Positions 19,610 through 28,490 of a DNA stretch of 64,000 bases are shown piece by piece (positions within the stretch are counted from its first letter, which is position 1; each line of letters opens with the position of its first letter). The translations under genes and the position numbers were made by a program. The stretch lies in the sequence record DRR378314_1208; one strand, written 5' to 3'. The notes below the pieces were generated by a model. The model was not told where the DNA came from. It did not search any database and was given only the letters and a program-made list of their open reading frames with translations.

Positions 19610-20911
19610 ATGTCGCACGTCTTCATCAGCCACTCCGCGAAAGACTTCGACGCGCTGCTCGAGCTGCACGAAGCGCTGCGCGCTGCCTCCATCCCCGATT
19701 GGTATGTGCCGAATGATGGCGGATCACGCGAAACCGCCAATCAATCCATTGACGACGCTTTCGCCATGATCGTTCTGGTGTCCGCGTCGTCGGTGCGGTC
19801 CAAGGCGGTAAAGCAGGATGTTGAGCGGGCAAAGGCGCGTGGCCTCAAGCTCATTCCGTACCAGATCGACAAGGCGCGTCTCAACGGATTTTTCAAGCAC
19901 GAAGTCCTCCCCCATCTGCGCCTGTCTTCAACGACGCCGGACGGGTTGAAACAACTCGTTGCCGAAACCAAGCAGGCCTACAAGAAGAAATGCCCTGTCG
20001 TTGCCGTGATGAATCTGAAGGGCGGCGTGGGCAAAACCACAGTCACCAGCCAGGTCTTTGGCGCATGGCAGGGCGCGCTAGGCGGCCGTATCCTGCTGAT
20101 TGATCTCGACCCGCAATATAATCTCACCCAAACTTTTTTCGAAATGGACGTTGCCGACTCCAGCGCCGCCGAAGATCGTTCGGTCATATCCTTGTTTGAA
20201 AAGTCCCGGCTCCACGCCCGGGACGCCTCCAGTCCCGCAGATTCTTGGCTTACTCTGTCGACCGATCCGTTTGCCCCTACTCGGCGAGAGAAAATCGTGC
20301 ATGAACTCATGGGGGAAGGCAGTCCCGGCGGGCGGCTGGATCTCGTCTCAGGACAGTTTGAGATTTCGAAATACGCATTTGCTTCAGACCCAACCGCGCT
20401 GGAAATGATCAAGGAACATTTCCTTCAATCGATCGAACGCTATCGCAGCGACTATGATTTGATCGTCTTCGATACGAACCCGAACGCAACCTTCCTGACG
20501 CGGTGCGCGCTTGAAGCCGCAGACCGCGTTCTGGCGCCCATGCATGCCGACATCTACTCCCTGCGCGGCGTGCGACTGCTCAATCAGGTCATCAAGGAGC
20601 AGATTCCGGCGGACAAACGACCCGACTTATCTGTATTGTTCAACGCAGTGGGCCGCTCTGAGCAATCCTCCTTCGAGGCGGACGCGCGCAATGGCACATA
20701 CAATGCGAAGGCAGGGTTCGATCTTGCGAGGGCCCTGATGCGGGCCGCCCTGCCCCGATCCGGACACCTCCAGGTCAAGGCACCTCAGGAAGGCCAACCG
20801 GCCTGGAAACAGCTGACCATCCATTCCGGACGTGGCGGCGGACTAAAACCCATCCGCGAGAGCCTGAAGGCGGTCGCGCTTGAGCTGAAACTACTCCTCG
20901 AAGACGCTTGA
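19610..20911 (+). CDS. TIR domain-ParA/MinD-family ATPase fusion
   Basis: N-terminal VFISHS..D, MIVLVS..S..S and LIPY (TIR_2-like). Then deviant Walker A NLKGGVGKTT, DLDPQYNLT and Walker B FDTNP. Confidence 0.85.
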   Translation: MSHVFISHSAKDFDALLELHEALRAASIPDWYVPNDGGSRETANQSIDDAFAMIVLVSASSVRSKAVKQDVERAKARGLKLIPYQIDKARLNGFFKHEVLPHLRLSSTTPDGLKQLVAETKQAYKKKCPVVAVMNLKGGVGKTTVTSQVFGAWQGALGGRILLIDLDPQYNLTQTFFEMDVADSSAAEDRSVISLFEKSRLHARDASSPADSWLTLSTDPFAPTRREKIVHELMGEGSPGGRLDLVSGQFEISKYAFASDPTALEMIKEHFLQSIERYRSDYDLIVFDTNPNATFLTRCALEAADRVLAPMHADIYSLRGVRLLNQVIKEQIPADKRPDLSVLFNAVGRSEQSSFEADARNGTYNAKAGFDLARALMRAALPRSGHLQVKAPQEGQPAWKQLTIHSGRGGGLKPIRESLKAVALELKLLLEDA

Positions 20912-20914
20912 TGC

Positions 20915-20943
20915 GTGACACCTTGGCGGTGTCCCCTTAATAT
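20915..20943 (+). promoter_or_regulatory. Candidate sigma70 promoter for the caspase gene
   Basis: GTGACA (20915-20920), 17-nt spacer, TAATAT (20938-20943). Confidence 0.45.
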
Positions 20944-20973
20944 CTCGGCAAGTGGATATAGGGGACACGCACA

Positions 20974-22545
20974 ATGTCCATGTTCAGATACTGTTTCGCC
21001 CTGCTCTTCTGTGCGGTACTCGCTTGTCAGGCGCTGGCGGATGAGAAACGCATCGCGCTCCTGATCGGAAATCAGGATTATCCCCCGGAAGTCGGCGCGC
21101 TGACCAACACGCACCAAGACGTTCGTACGATGGAAGCGGCACTCATCGATGTCGGCTTCGAGACCATGCCCGGCTTTGATCTGGATGAAGACGGAATGGA
21201 AGACGCCTTCGATGCGTTCGAAGCTCGCATCTCCGAAGAAGCTGACGCTGGGCACGAAGTGATCGCATTCTTCTACTATTCGGGCCACGGCGCGGCGGCC
21301 TATGAAGATCGTGAGGCTCGCAATTACCTAATCCCTGCCAGAGAGAGCATCACGGCGGCGAGCCATATTTTCCGCAAAGGCGTCGAATTGGAAGATGTTC
21401 TTTCCAGTCTCCAATCCACGCAGGCGAAGGCTGTCTTTGTTGTGTCGGATGCCTGCCGCAATGAATTGAAGTTCGCTTTCTCCAAATCCATTGCAGACAA
21501 GGGCATGACCCGCGTATCGCAGCGTCCGGGCATGCTTGTTGCCTTCGCCACAGCAGCAGGAGAAACCACACCCGATGACGGCCTCTTTGCAAATACGTTG
21601 GCGGAAGAAATTCGAAGACCGGGACAGGACGCCGTCGTGGTATTCTATCAGGCGCTCGCCGAAGTCTCCGACAAACGCAAGTCTTCCAGCCGCCCGTTCA
21701 TGGCACCCGGCAAGCTGCCACGAGGGCTTTGCTTTGCGGGTTGCACCTCGTCCCCTGCGCACAGCGGCGAACCCAACGAGCCAACTCGAAAGGCCGATTA
21801 TTGGTTTACGGAAGACACTGAGTATTCTTTGTTCCAGGAGAATGCAGTTCTCAAGGCAACTGTGAACGGACTCGAATACACCATCCACGAATTCGGTTAT
21901 GGCGCGCCAAAAGTGGAGTTACTCAAAGACTTCAACGCTGACGGCACGTTGGATGCCGTGATTTCGGTGCATGATGGCGGCAATTGCTGCCCCGCAAAAT
22001 ACTACTTTGTGGCGGACATGGGCAGCGGGCACTTCCTCGTGAGCGAGATTGAAGACATCTACGCGTGGGATCCGCCAACGGCTGAGCTCCATGAAGGGCG
22101 CTGGGTGGCGCGCTTCGTCTCACTCAACGAAAGCCAGAATACGGAAGACTTCAAGCAGGACATCCACTTATACACGCTGAAAGGCGACAAACCTGAGCTT
22201 GTACTGAAAACGTTCAAACGCGAGGCCGCCGCCGTCTCCGAACTACGGTCCAGCATGTTCGAGAACAGTGATGACGCATCCGAGATGCAATCGCTTCAGT
22301 TCGATTTTGACGATGACGGCACCGTAGATACGCTCACATGCGGCTTTTGGTCCCGCTGGGGGCGGCTGACTGCATGCGAAGTAAATCTCGCCGGAGACGA
22401 GGAGCCGATCGCGGTTGAAACATCCTGCAAGCGCCTTGGCGTACTGGATGCGCGCCGGAACGGACTCTCCATGCTGGTTTGTGATTCAGATCAGGTGCAC
22501 GCGTTCGATGCGAAGTCCGACGCCTATATCCCACTTGAAGATTAG
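20974..22545 (+). CDS. Secreted caspase-family (peptidase C14) protein with an uncharacterised C-terminal domain
   Basis: Signal peptide ending ALA, then RIALLIGNQDY, catalytic YYSGHG and DACRN. Confidence 0.88.
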   Translation: MSMFRYCFALLFCAVLACQALADEKRIALLIGNQDYPPEVGALTNTHQDVRTMEAALIDVGFETMPGFDLDEDGMEDAFDAFEARISEEADAGHEVIAFFYYSGHGAAAYEDREARNYLIPARESITAASHIFRKGVELEDVLSSLQSTQAKAVFVVSDACRNELKFAFSKSIADKGMTRVSQRPGMLVAFATAAGETTPDDGLFANTLAEEIRRPGQDAVVVFYQALAEVSDKRKSSSRPFMAPGKLPRGLCFAGCTSSPAHSGEPNEPTRKADYWFTEDTEYSLFQENAVLKATVNGLEYTIHEFGYGAPKVELLKDFNADGTLDAVISVHDGGNCCPAKYYFVADMGSGHFLVSEIEDIYAWDPPTAELHEGRWVARFVSLNESQNTEDFKQDIHLYTLKGDKPELVLKTFKREAAAVSELRSSMFENSDDASEMQSLQFDFDDDGTVDTLTCGFWSRWGRLTACEVNLAGDEEPIAVETSCKRLGVLDARRNGLSMLVCDSDQVHAFDAKSDAYIPLED

Positions 22546-22568
22546 GCGTCCGGCGCGGTCATGGACGC

Positions 22569-23969
22569 CTAGACCTCCTGAACATCCGGCACCCATTTCT
22601 GTCGCATCGTGACAAGCTCCTCTGCCGAGGATGGGTGCAGCGCACAGGTCCGGTCGAAGTCAGGCTTGGTTGCCCCCATTTTCACCGCAATGCCCGCGAT
22701 CTGGATCATCTCCGCCGCGTCCTCGCCCACGATGTGAACGCCAAGCACCTTCTCATCGGATGCACGCACCACCAGCTTCATAAGGGTTCGCGTTTGGTCC
22801 CCATTCAGCGCATTCTTCATCGGCTTGAACTTGGTCTTGTAGATGTCAATCTCGCCAAACTCCTTGCGGGCATCGGCTTCAGTCATGCCGACTGTACCGA
22901 CCTCTGGCTGAGTGAACACAGCCGTCGGAATGTCCGTGTGGTCGAAGTGCCAGGGCTTGTCATAGAACTCCGTCTCAGCGAAAGCGTGCCCTTCGCGAAT
23001 GGCTACGGGCGTCAGGGCAACACGATCCGTAACGTCGCCAACTGCCCAGATATTGTCGACGTTTGTCTTTGACCATTCATCAACCGGGATCGCGCCTTTT
23101 TCGTTCACGTCCACACCAGCATTCTCACAGCCAAGTCCTTCCGTGTTCGGACGGCGACCAACTCCCATCATGATCACGTCGCAGTCGATGCTATGCCCAT
23201 TTTTCAGGGTCAAGTGCAGCGGCAGGTCCGCCCCCTCGCGCTTCTCAATCGCCTCGAACACAGTGCCAGTTATCACCTGGACGCCCGCCTCTTTGAGGCC
23301 CTCGTGAACTTCTGTACGTACATCGGCATCAAACCCGCGCAGCACTTCTTCGCCGCGATAGACCAGGCAGGTTGGCACACCAAGACCGGCAAAGACGTGG
23401 GCAAACTCGACTGCGATATAACCGCCACCTGCGATCACCAGATGCTTTGGCAGTTCATCCAGATGGAAAATCTCGTCAGATGTGATCGTATGCTCAACAC
23501 CCGGCAACTCATCCTCGGAAGGACGCCACGGACGGCCACCAACAGCAACAAGGATCTTTTTTGCCGTTACGGTCTTGCCGCTGTTCTTCAGCCGCAGCGT
23601 ATGCTTGTCGACAAACTCCGCGCGATCCTCGAAGATCTCGACACCGGAATTCTTCAGATTGCGGAAATAGATGCCAGACAGGCGATCGACCTCAGCGTGC
23701 ATGGCCGTGGCAAATTTTGTGTGATCATAGGAGACCTCACCGGTCGACCAGCCATAGCCTTCAGCCTTCTTGATGTCTTTGCCGTACTTGCTGGCATAGA
23801 CCATGAACTTCTTTGGCACACAACCGCGGATGACGCAGGTTCCGCCCATGCGATATTCTTCCGCGAGCCCCACCTTGGCGCCGCTCAACGCGGCCAGCCT
23901 GCCTGCGCGAACGCCGCCTGATCCTCCACCAATTACGAACAGGTCGAAGTCATAGGTCGCGTCAGTCAT
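22569..23969 (-). CDS. gor: Glutathione-disulfide reductase
   Basis: Motifs GGGSGG, GGTCVIRGCVPKK, GGGYIAVE and HPSSAEE. Confidence 0.95.
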   Translation of the reverse strand: MTDATYDFDLFVIGGGSGGVRAGRLAALSGAKVGLAEEYRMGGTCVIRGCVPKKFMVYASKYGKDIKKAEGYGWSTGEVSYDHTKFATAMHAEVDRLSGIYFRNLKNSGVEIFEDRAEFVDKHTLRLKNSGKTVTAKKILVAVGGRPWRPSEDELPGVEHTITSDEIFHLDELPKHLVIAGGGYIAVEFAHVFAGLGVPTCLVYRGEEVLRGFDADVRTEVHEGLKEAGVQVITGTVFEAIEKREGADLPLHLTLKNGHSIDCDVIMMGVGRRPNTEGLGCENAGVDVNEKGAIPVDEWSKTNVDNIWAVGDVTDRVALTPVAIREGHAFAETEFYDKPWHFDHTDIPTAVFTQPEVGTVGMTEADARKEFGEIDIYKTKFKPMKNALNGDQTRTLMKLVVRASDEKVLGVHIVGEDAAEMIQIAGIAVKMGATKPDFDRTCALHPSSAEELVTMRQKWVPDVQEV

Positions 23970-24018
23970 GGAGGTGTCCTTGAATCTTTACTGGTTTCGC
24001 ACCCCATATGAGGCGCCA

Positions 24019-24720
24019 TCAGGAGAATTCAAACACCGTCGCACCATTCTCATTGCCGATGATCACTGTGCGAGCCAGCCCGATGAACAAACCGTGCTCC
24101 ACGACACCCGGCACATTGGACAAGCGCGCAGCGAGCGCTTCGGCGTCAGGAATGCGGCCGCAATGGCAATCGAGAATGTGATTGCCCCCATCCGTTACCA
24201 CCAGCTCACCGTTGGAAAGTGAGCGCAACTCGACGCGTGGACGATCAATTCCCGACGCGGCAAGCACATCATAAACCAGCTTTGCCGTGATCGTATAACC
24301 GAACGGTGTGACCTCTACCGGCAAGGGAAACTTTCCGAGACGCTCGACCTGCTTTGATGGGTCCGCGATCACCACCATGTGATCGCTGGCATTTGCAATG
24401 ATTTTCTCGCGCAGCAAGGCCGCGCCGCCCCCCTTGATCAACTGCCCCTGCTCGTCGACCTCATCTGCGCCGTCGACGGTCAGATGAATGCGCTCAACCT
24501 GTTCGAACGGGATCAGCGGCACACCCAGGCTGCTGGCCAGTCGCCGCGTCTGTTCGCTGGTTTCGATACACCGCACAACAAGGCCATCGGCCACTTCTTC
24601 GGCCAGCAGCTCAACAAAGAACTTTGCAGTGGAGCCCGTGCCCAGCCCGATGGTCATGCCGTCTTCAACGAACTCCATCGCTGCGAGCGCGGCGTTCTCC
24701 TTTTCCTTTTCGTTCGCCAT
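24019..24720 (-). CDS. rpiA: Ribose-5-phosphate isomerase A
   Basis: Motifs GLGTGST, DGADEV, KGGGAALLREK and GVVEHGLF. Confidence 0.97.
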   Translation of the reverse strand: MANEKEKENAALAAMEFVEDGMTIGLGTGSTAKFFVELLAEEVADGLVVRCIETSEQTRRLASSLGVPLIPFEQVERIHLTVDGADEVDEQGQLIKGGGAALLREKIIANASDHMVVIADPSKQVERLGKFPLPVEVTPFGYTITAKLVYDVLAASGIDRPRVELRSLSNGELVVTDGGNHILDCHCGRIPDAEALAARLSNVPGVVEHGLFIGLARTVIIGNENGATVFEFS

Positions 24721-24725
24721 CAGCC

Positions 24726-26096
24726 TCAGCCCTTCTTCTTCTCTGCTTTTTCCGCCGCTTTTCGCGCGCGAAACTCACCTGCCCAGTGTTCTTTTTGCGT
24801 CTGCCGTGCGCGGCCCAATGCAAGAGCATCTGGCATCACATCGTCGGTGACTACACTGCCGGAACCAACAATGGCACCGTGACCAATGCTCACCGGCGCG
24901 ACCAGCGCGCTGTTGGAACCAATGAAGGCGTTGTCGCCGATTGTCGTCTTGTATTTCAGATAGCCATCATAATTGCAGAAGATCGTGCCCGCGCCGATGT
25001 TCACGTTCGCTCCGACTTCGCCATCGCCCAGATAAGACAAATGACTGGCCTTCGCGCCCTCGCCCATCGTCGTGTTTTTCACTTCGACGAAATTACCAAC
25101 GAACGCATCTTTCGACAGGATCGCGCCGGGGCGAAGACGCGCATACGGCCCAACAGAACACCCTGGCCCGACCTCGGCGCCCTCCAGATGGCTGAATGCC
25201 CGGATGGTGGCGCCTGACTGTACCTTGACACCTGGCCCAAAGACGACGTTCGGCTCGACAATGACATCTGGCTCAAGAACCGTATCGTGAGAGAACCAAA
25301 CCGTGTCCGGCGCGATCAGTGAAACGCCGCTTGTCATTGCCTCAATGCGCCGTCTCGATTGGAAAATCGCCTCTGCTTTCGCGAGATCGACCTTTGAATC
25401 GCAACCGATCAGGTCTTCCTCCTCGCAGCGCACGGCCTTGCAGGTTTTCCCTTCTGCGCGCGCCAGGGCTACAAGGTCCGTGAGATAGTATTCACCCTTG
25501 GCGTTGTCGTTCGTCACGCTTTGCAGAAGGCGGAACATGGTATCGGCGTCGCCTGCCATGACGCCGGAGTTGCAAAGCTTCACATCAAGCTGCTCCGGTG
25601 TCGCCTCACGCGCTTCAACGATCGCCTCCAGATCACCATCGCCAGACGTAATCAGACGACCGTACAGACCCGGCTCCGCGGCATCGAAGCCCAGCACGCC
25701 GATTGCAGCGTTATTGGCGAGACTGTCGAACAGGCTTTCGATGGCCGTTGCCGGCACAAGAGGGCTGTCTCCATATAGAACCACCAGGTCGCCATCAAAG
25801 CCGGCGAGCGCGTCCTCGGCACACCGCACGGCGTGACCGGTTCCCATTGGCGGATCCTGAAATGCGATGCTCTGCTCGCCAAGCTGTGGGCCAACGTGAT
25901 CAATCAGCACCTTCTGAGAGGGATGGGCAACCACCACGATGCGTTCGCAGCCCACCTGCCGGGCAAGCGCGATCGACCAATCGACCATCGGACGCCCGGC
26001 AACCTTGTGCATTACCTTCGGGAGATCGGACTTCATCCGCGTTCCCTTGCCAGCGGCTAGAATGACGGCAGCGCGTTGTCTGGACGGAGTTTCCAC
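24726..26096 (-). CDS. glmU: Bifunctional UDP-GlcNAc pyrophosphorylase/glucosamine-1-phosphate acetyltransferase
   Basis: Motifs LAAGKGTRMKS, EYYLTD, hexapeptide repeats, HLSYLGD and NYDG. Confidence 0.97.
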   Translation of the reverse strand: METPSRQRAAVILAAGKGTRMKSDLPKVMHKVAGRPMVDWSIALARQVGCERIVVVAHPSQKVLIDHVGPQLGEQSIAFQDPPMGTGHAVRCAEDALAGFDGDLVVLYGDSPLVPATAIESLFDSLANNAAIGVLGFDAAEPGLYGRLITSGDGDLEAIVEAREATPEQLDVKLCNSGVMAGDADTMFRLLQSVTNDNAKGEYYLTDLVALARAEGKTCKAVRCEEEDLIGCDSKVDLAKAEAIFQSRRRIEAMTSGVSLIAPDTVWFSHDTVLEPDVIVEPNVVFGPGVKVQSGATIRAFSHLEGAEVGPGCSVGPYARLRPGAILSKDAFVGNFVEVKNTTMGEGAKASHLSYLGDGEVGANVNIGAGTIFCNYDGYLKYKTTIGDNAFIGSNSALVAPVSIGHGAIVGSGSVVTDDVMPDALALGRARQTQKEHWAGEFRARKAAEKAEKKKG

Positions 26097-26181
26097 GGGA
26101 TTTGACCTCTCGATTTCCTAAGTCCTTTCGCCTAGACCAAAGGCCGATTCAAGGCGAAACCAAAAAGGAAATACCACCGTC

Positions 26182-26862
26182 ATGACAAAACCCTTCGACG
26201 GATGGATCATTGTCTTCGATCTTGACGGCACGCTCGTGAATACCGCGCCAGACCTGTTGGAAGCGCTTAATCACGTTCTAACCAATGCCGATCTGGCCCC
26301 CGTACCGCTGGATTCGATTGAAACCATGATCGGTCAAGGCGCGCGCGCAATGATCACAAAGGGTCTTCAATCGCACGGCATCGCGCCCTCAGAAGAAGAC
26401 CTCGACGCGTTCCTGACGCAATTCCTCGAATATTATGCAGGAAATATCGCGGATCACTCACATCCCTTCGAAGGGGTTGCTGAAGCGCTGAACACCTTGG
26501 CGGACCGTGGCGCAACGCTCGCGGTCTGCACCAACAAGAAGCAGGATCTGTCAGATCAACTATTGAACGAACTAGGCCTGACGGAGCATTTCGCCGCAAT
26601 TGTGGGATCTGACAGCGTGCCAAGCCGCAAACCGGATGGAGACCATATCCTGCGCACCGTCACCGCGGCAGGCGGCGTATCAGGCAAGGCAGTCATGGTC
26701 GGCGATTCCCGGACAGACGAAAGGGCAGCCCGGGATGCCGGACTGCCCTTCATTTTCGTGCCATTCGGCTACGAACAGGAAACTCCAGAACAATTGAGGC
26801 CCGACATAGTGCTGGAGCACTATTCCGATCTCGTTTCTGTTTTGGAGAATTGGATCAGCTAG
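26182..26862 (+). CDS. gph: Phosphoglycolate phosphatase-like HAD hydrolase
   Basis: Motifs FDLDGTL, CTNK, KPDG and MVGDS..D. Divergent from glmU. Confidence 0.85.
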   Translation: MTKPFDGWIIVFDLDGTLVNTAPDLLEALNHVLTNADLAPVPLDSIETMIGQGARAMITKGLQSHGIAPSEEDLDAFLTQFLEYYAGNIADHSHPFEGVAEALNTLADRGATLAVCTNKKQDLSDQLLNELGLTEHFAAIVGSDSVPSRKPDGDHILRTVTAAGGVSGKAVMVGDSRTDERAARDAGLPFIFVPFGYEQETPEQLRPDIVLEHYSDLVSVLENWIS

Positions 26863-27107
26863 GCCGTAGCTTCGCGCTGCTCGCGCGGACGGTAGCTTGG
26901 ACGGGCAGAGCCCGATTCATTTGCAATACGGCGACGCGGCATACCGTTCACCATGTTGCTGCGCACATCAGTGCGAGCGGAGCGCATGGCAGGCACAAAG
27001 CCAGCATCGATCAGATCGACATCAACCTCGTAGCCACGCTCTGCCCAATAGGCACTAATTTTCTCGCGCAGGCGCTTTGCGCCCTCTTCGTCACACCAGT
27101 CTTTCAT
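26859..27107 (-). CDS. Small hypothetical protein
   Basis: 82 aa with RBS GGAGAG. The sequence YWAERGY...MRSARTDVRSNMVNG looks like a genuine protein. Confidence 0.7.
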   Translation of the reverse strand: MKDWCDEEGAKRLREKISAYWAERGYEVDVDLIDAGFVPAMRSARTDVRSNMVNGMPRRRIANESGSARPSYRPREQREATA

Positions 27108-27279
27108 TTTTCTCTCTCTCCAGGCTGTACTGTTATTGAGGCCTTTGGCCCCCGCCTGTCCTTCTTATGTTTTACCACGCAGCCCGTTAGCCGGGCCGTC
27201 CTTGTGTGACCGGAACATGACGACCTTTTGTGTTTTTCTCAAGGCTAATTTCGAATGAAACTAGTGTAAGGTTTTGCGA

Positions 27280-27310
27280 TGAACATCTGTTCATACTGAA
27301 TATTTGTTCA
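27280..27310. promoter_or_regulatory. Tandem palindromic operator candidates
   Basis: TGAACA-TC-TGTTCA (27280-27293) and TGAATA-TT-TGTTCA (27297-27310). Confidence 0.5.
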
Positions 27311-27583
27311 TATTCATGTTAGCGTGAACAAAAATGTCCGTTTCGTCTCAAAAAATGCTAGAAACCGACAAATCCTTGTCCCCGGATTTGGGGACATGTG
27401 CCCCCCGAAGAGGGAAAATTGCAGATTTTTCCCCTCAAGGATGCATGCGCAAACGATTGTATTGAATACTAGGAATGCGAATTTGCATGGCGATTTTTCC
27501 GCTTTGAACGAGAATCAGTGCCAGCAGACATCCGCTATTGACCTCAATCGACCCCCGGATTACGCCAGTCGCTTCGCAGAATC

Positions 27584-27658
27584 GGGTGATTAGCTCAGTG
27601 GTAGAGCACTGCCTTCACACGGCAGGGGTCAGTGGTTCGAACCCACTATCGCCCACCA
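27584..27658 (+). tRNA. tRNA-Val, anticodon CAC
   Basis: Acceptor stem GGGTGAT/ATCGCCC, D-arm AGCTCAGTGGTAGAGC, anticodon arm CTGCC-TTCACAC-GGCAG, T-loop GTTCGAA and encoded CCA. TTGACC lies upstream at 27538. Confidence 0.97.
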
Positions 27659-27752
27659 TTGCCGCGTCCCCACCTGCAGGCAATCTGCATTCAGCACATC
27701 CGCAGCATCTAATTCATGGTCCACGCGACGAAGCACAGTATAAGTCGGTGCG

Positions 27753-28490
27753 ATGAAATCCCTGTTCCGCTCCAAGTTCATGACCAGCCTGCTCGGCGCA
27801 CTAATCTGGGCGTGGATGATGCTGATCGCGCGTACCGTCAGATGGACGGTTGAAGGCGAACCCGTCGCGCAAAAGGTGTGGGCCAGGCAAAACGGGATAG
27901 TGGTTGCCGCATGGCATTCCCGCATCATGGTGCTCCCAAGCGGCTGGATACGTCGCATGAAGCATTGGCCCGGACAAATCGATGGTGCAGCAATGCTCGT
28001 TTCGCTGTCGCCGGATGGCGAAGCCGTGACCCGCGCCATCAGCCATCTGGGCATCCACCCGATCCGCGGATCGGCTGGAAACAAGAAGAAAGCCCGAAAA
28101 GACAAAGGCGGTGTGCGCGCCATTGCAGAGGCTGTGAAGTTGCTAAAATCTGGCAAGGCGGTCTGTATCACGCCAGATGGCCCGCGCGGCCCGGCAGAAA
28201 AGGTCAGCCCCGGCGCCATCATGATTGCACAGCGAGCCGGCGTCCCGATCCTCCCCTATGCGCTGTCCATTCGCCCCGCCAAACGCCTCTCCACCTGGGA
28301 CCGGCTGATCCTTCCCCTCCCCTTCGCCCGAGGCGCCATTGTTTTCGGCGCACCAGTGGACACCGACCGCGCACGCGCGCCAGACGAGATTCAGGCTGAA
28401 TTGCAAAAACGTCTTGATGAGGCGACCCGCAGGGCCGACATGCTGGCTGGTTACAAAAACTCAGAAGAAGCGGGTTCCCAGACGCCATGA
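27753..28490 (+). CDS. DUF374 lysophospholipid acyltransferase family protein
   Basis: Motifs WHSR, S.S.DGE, IRGS and ITPDGPRGP. Directly upstream of waaA. Confidence 0.85.
   Translation: MKSLFRSKFMTSLLGALIWAWMMLIARTVRWTVEGEPVAQKVWARQNGIVVAAWHSRIMVLPSGWIRRMKHWPGQIDGAAMLVSLSPDGEAVTRAISHLGIHPIRGSAGNKKKARKDKGGVRAIAEAVKLLKSGKAVCITPDGPRGPAEKVSPGAIMIAQRAGVPILPYALSIRPAKRLSTWDRLILPLPFARGAIVFGAPVDTDRARAPDEIQAELQKRLDEATRRADMLAGYKNSEEAGSQTP

Noticed and set aside
19610..20911. Chromosome-partition parA
   Set aside because: There is no parB or gidAB context and it has an extra TIR-like N-terminus, so it is treated as an orphan ParA-family fusion.
27280..27335. Alphaproteobacterial LexA box
   Set aside because: The GTTC/GAAC units do not show the required direct-repeat N7 spacing.
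27584..27760. tRNA-Val as an integration site for an island
   Set aside because: I saw no integrase and no duplicate of the tRNA 3' end, and core lipid A genes follow directly.
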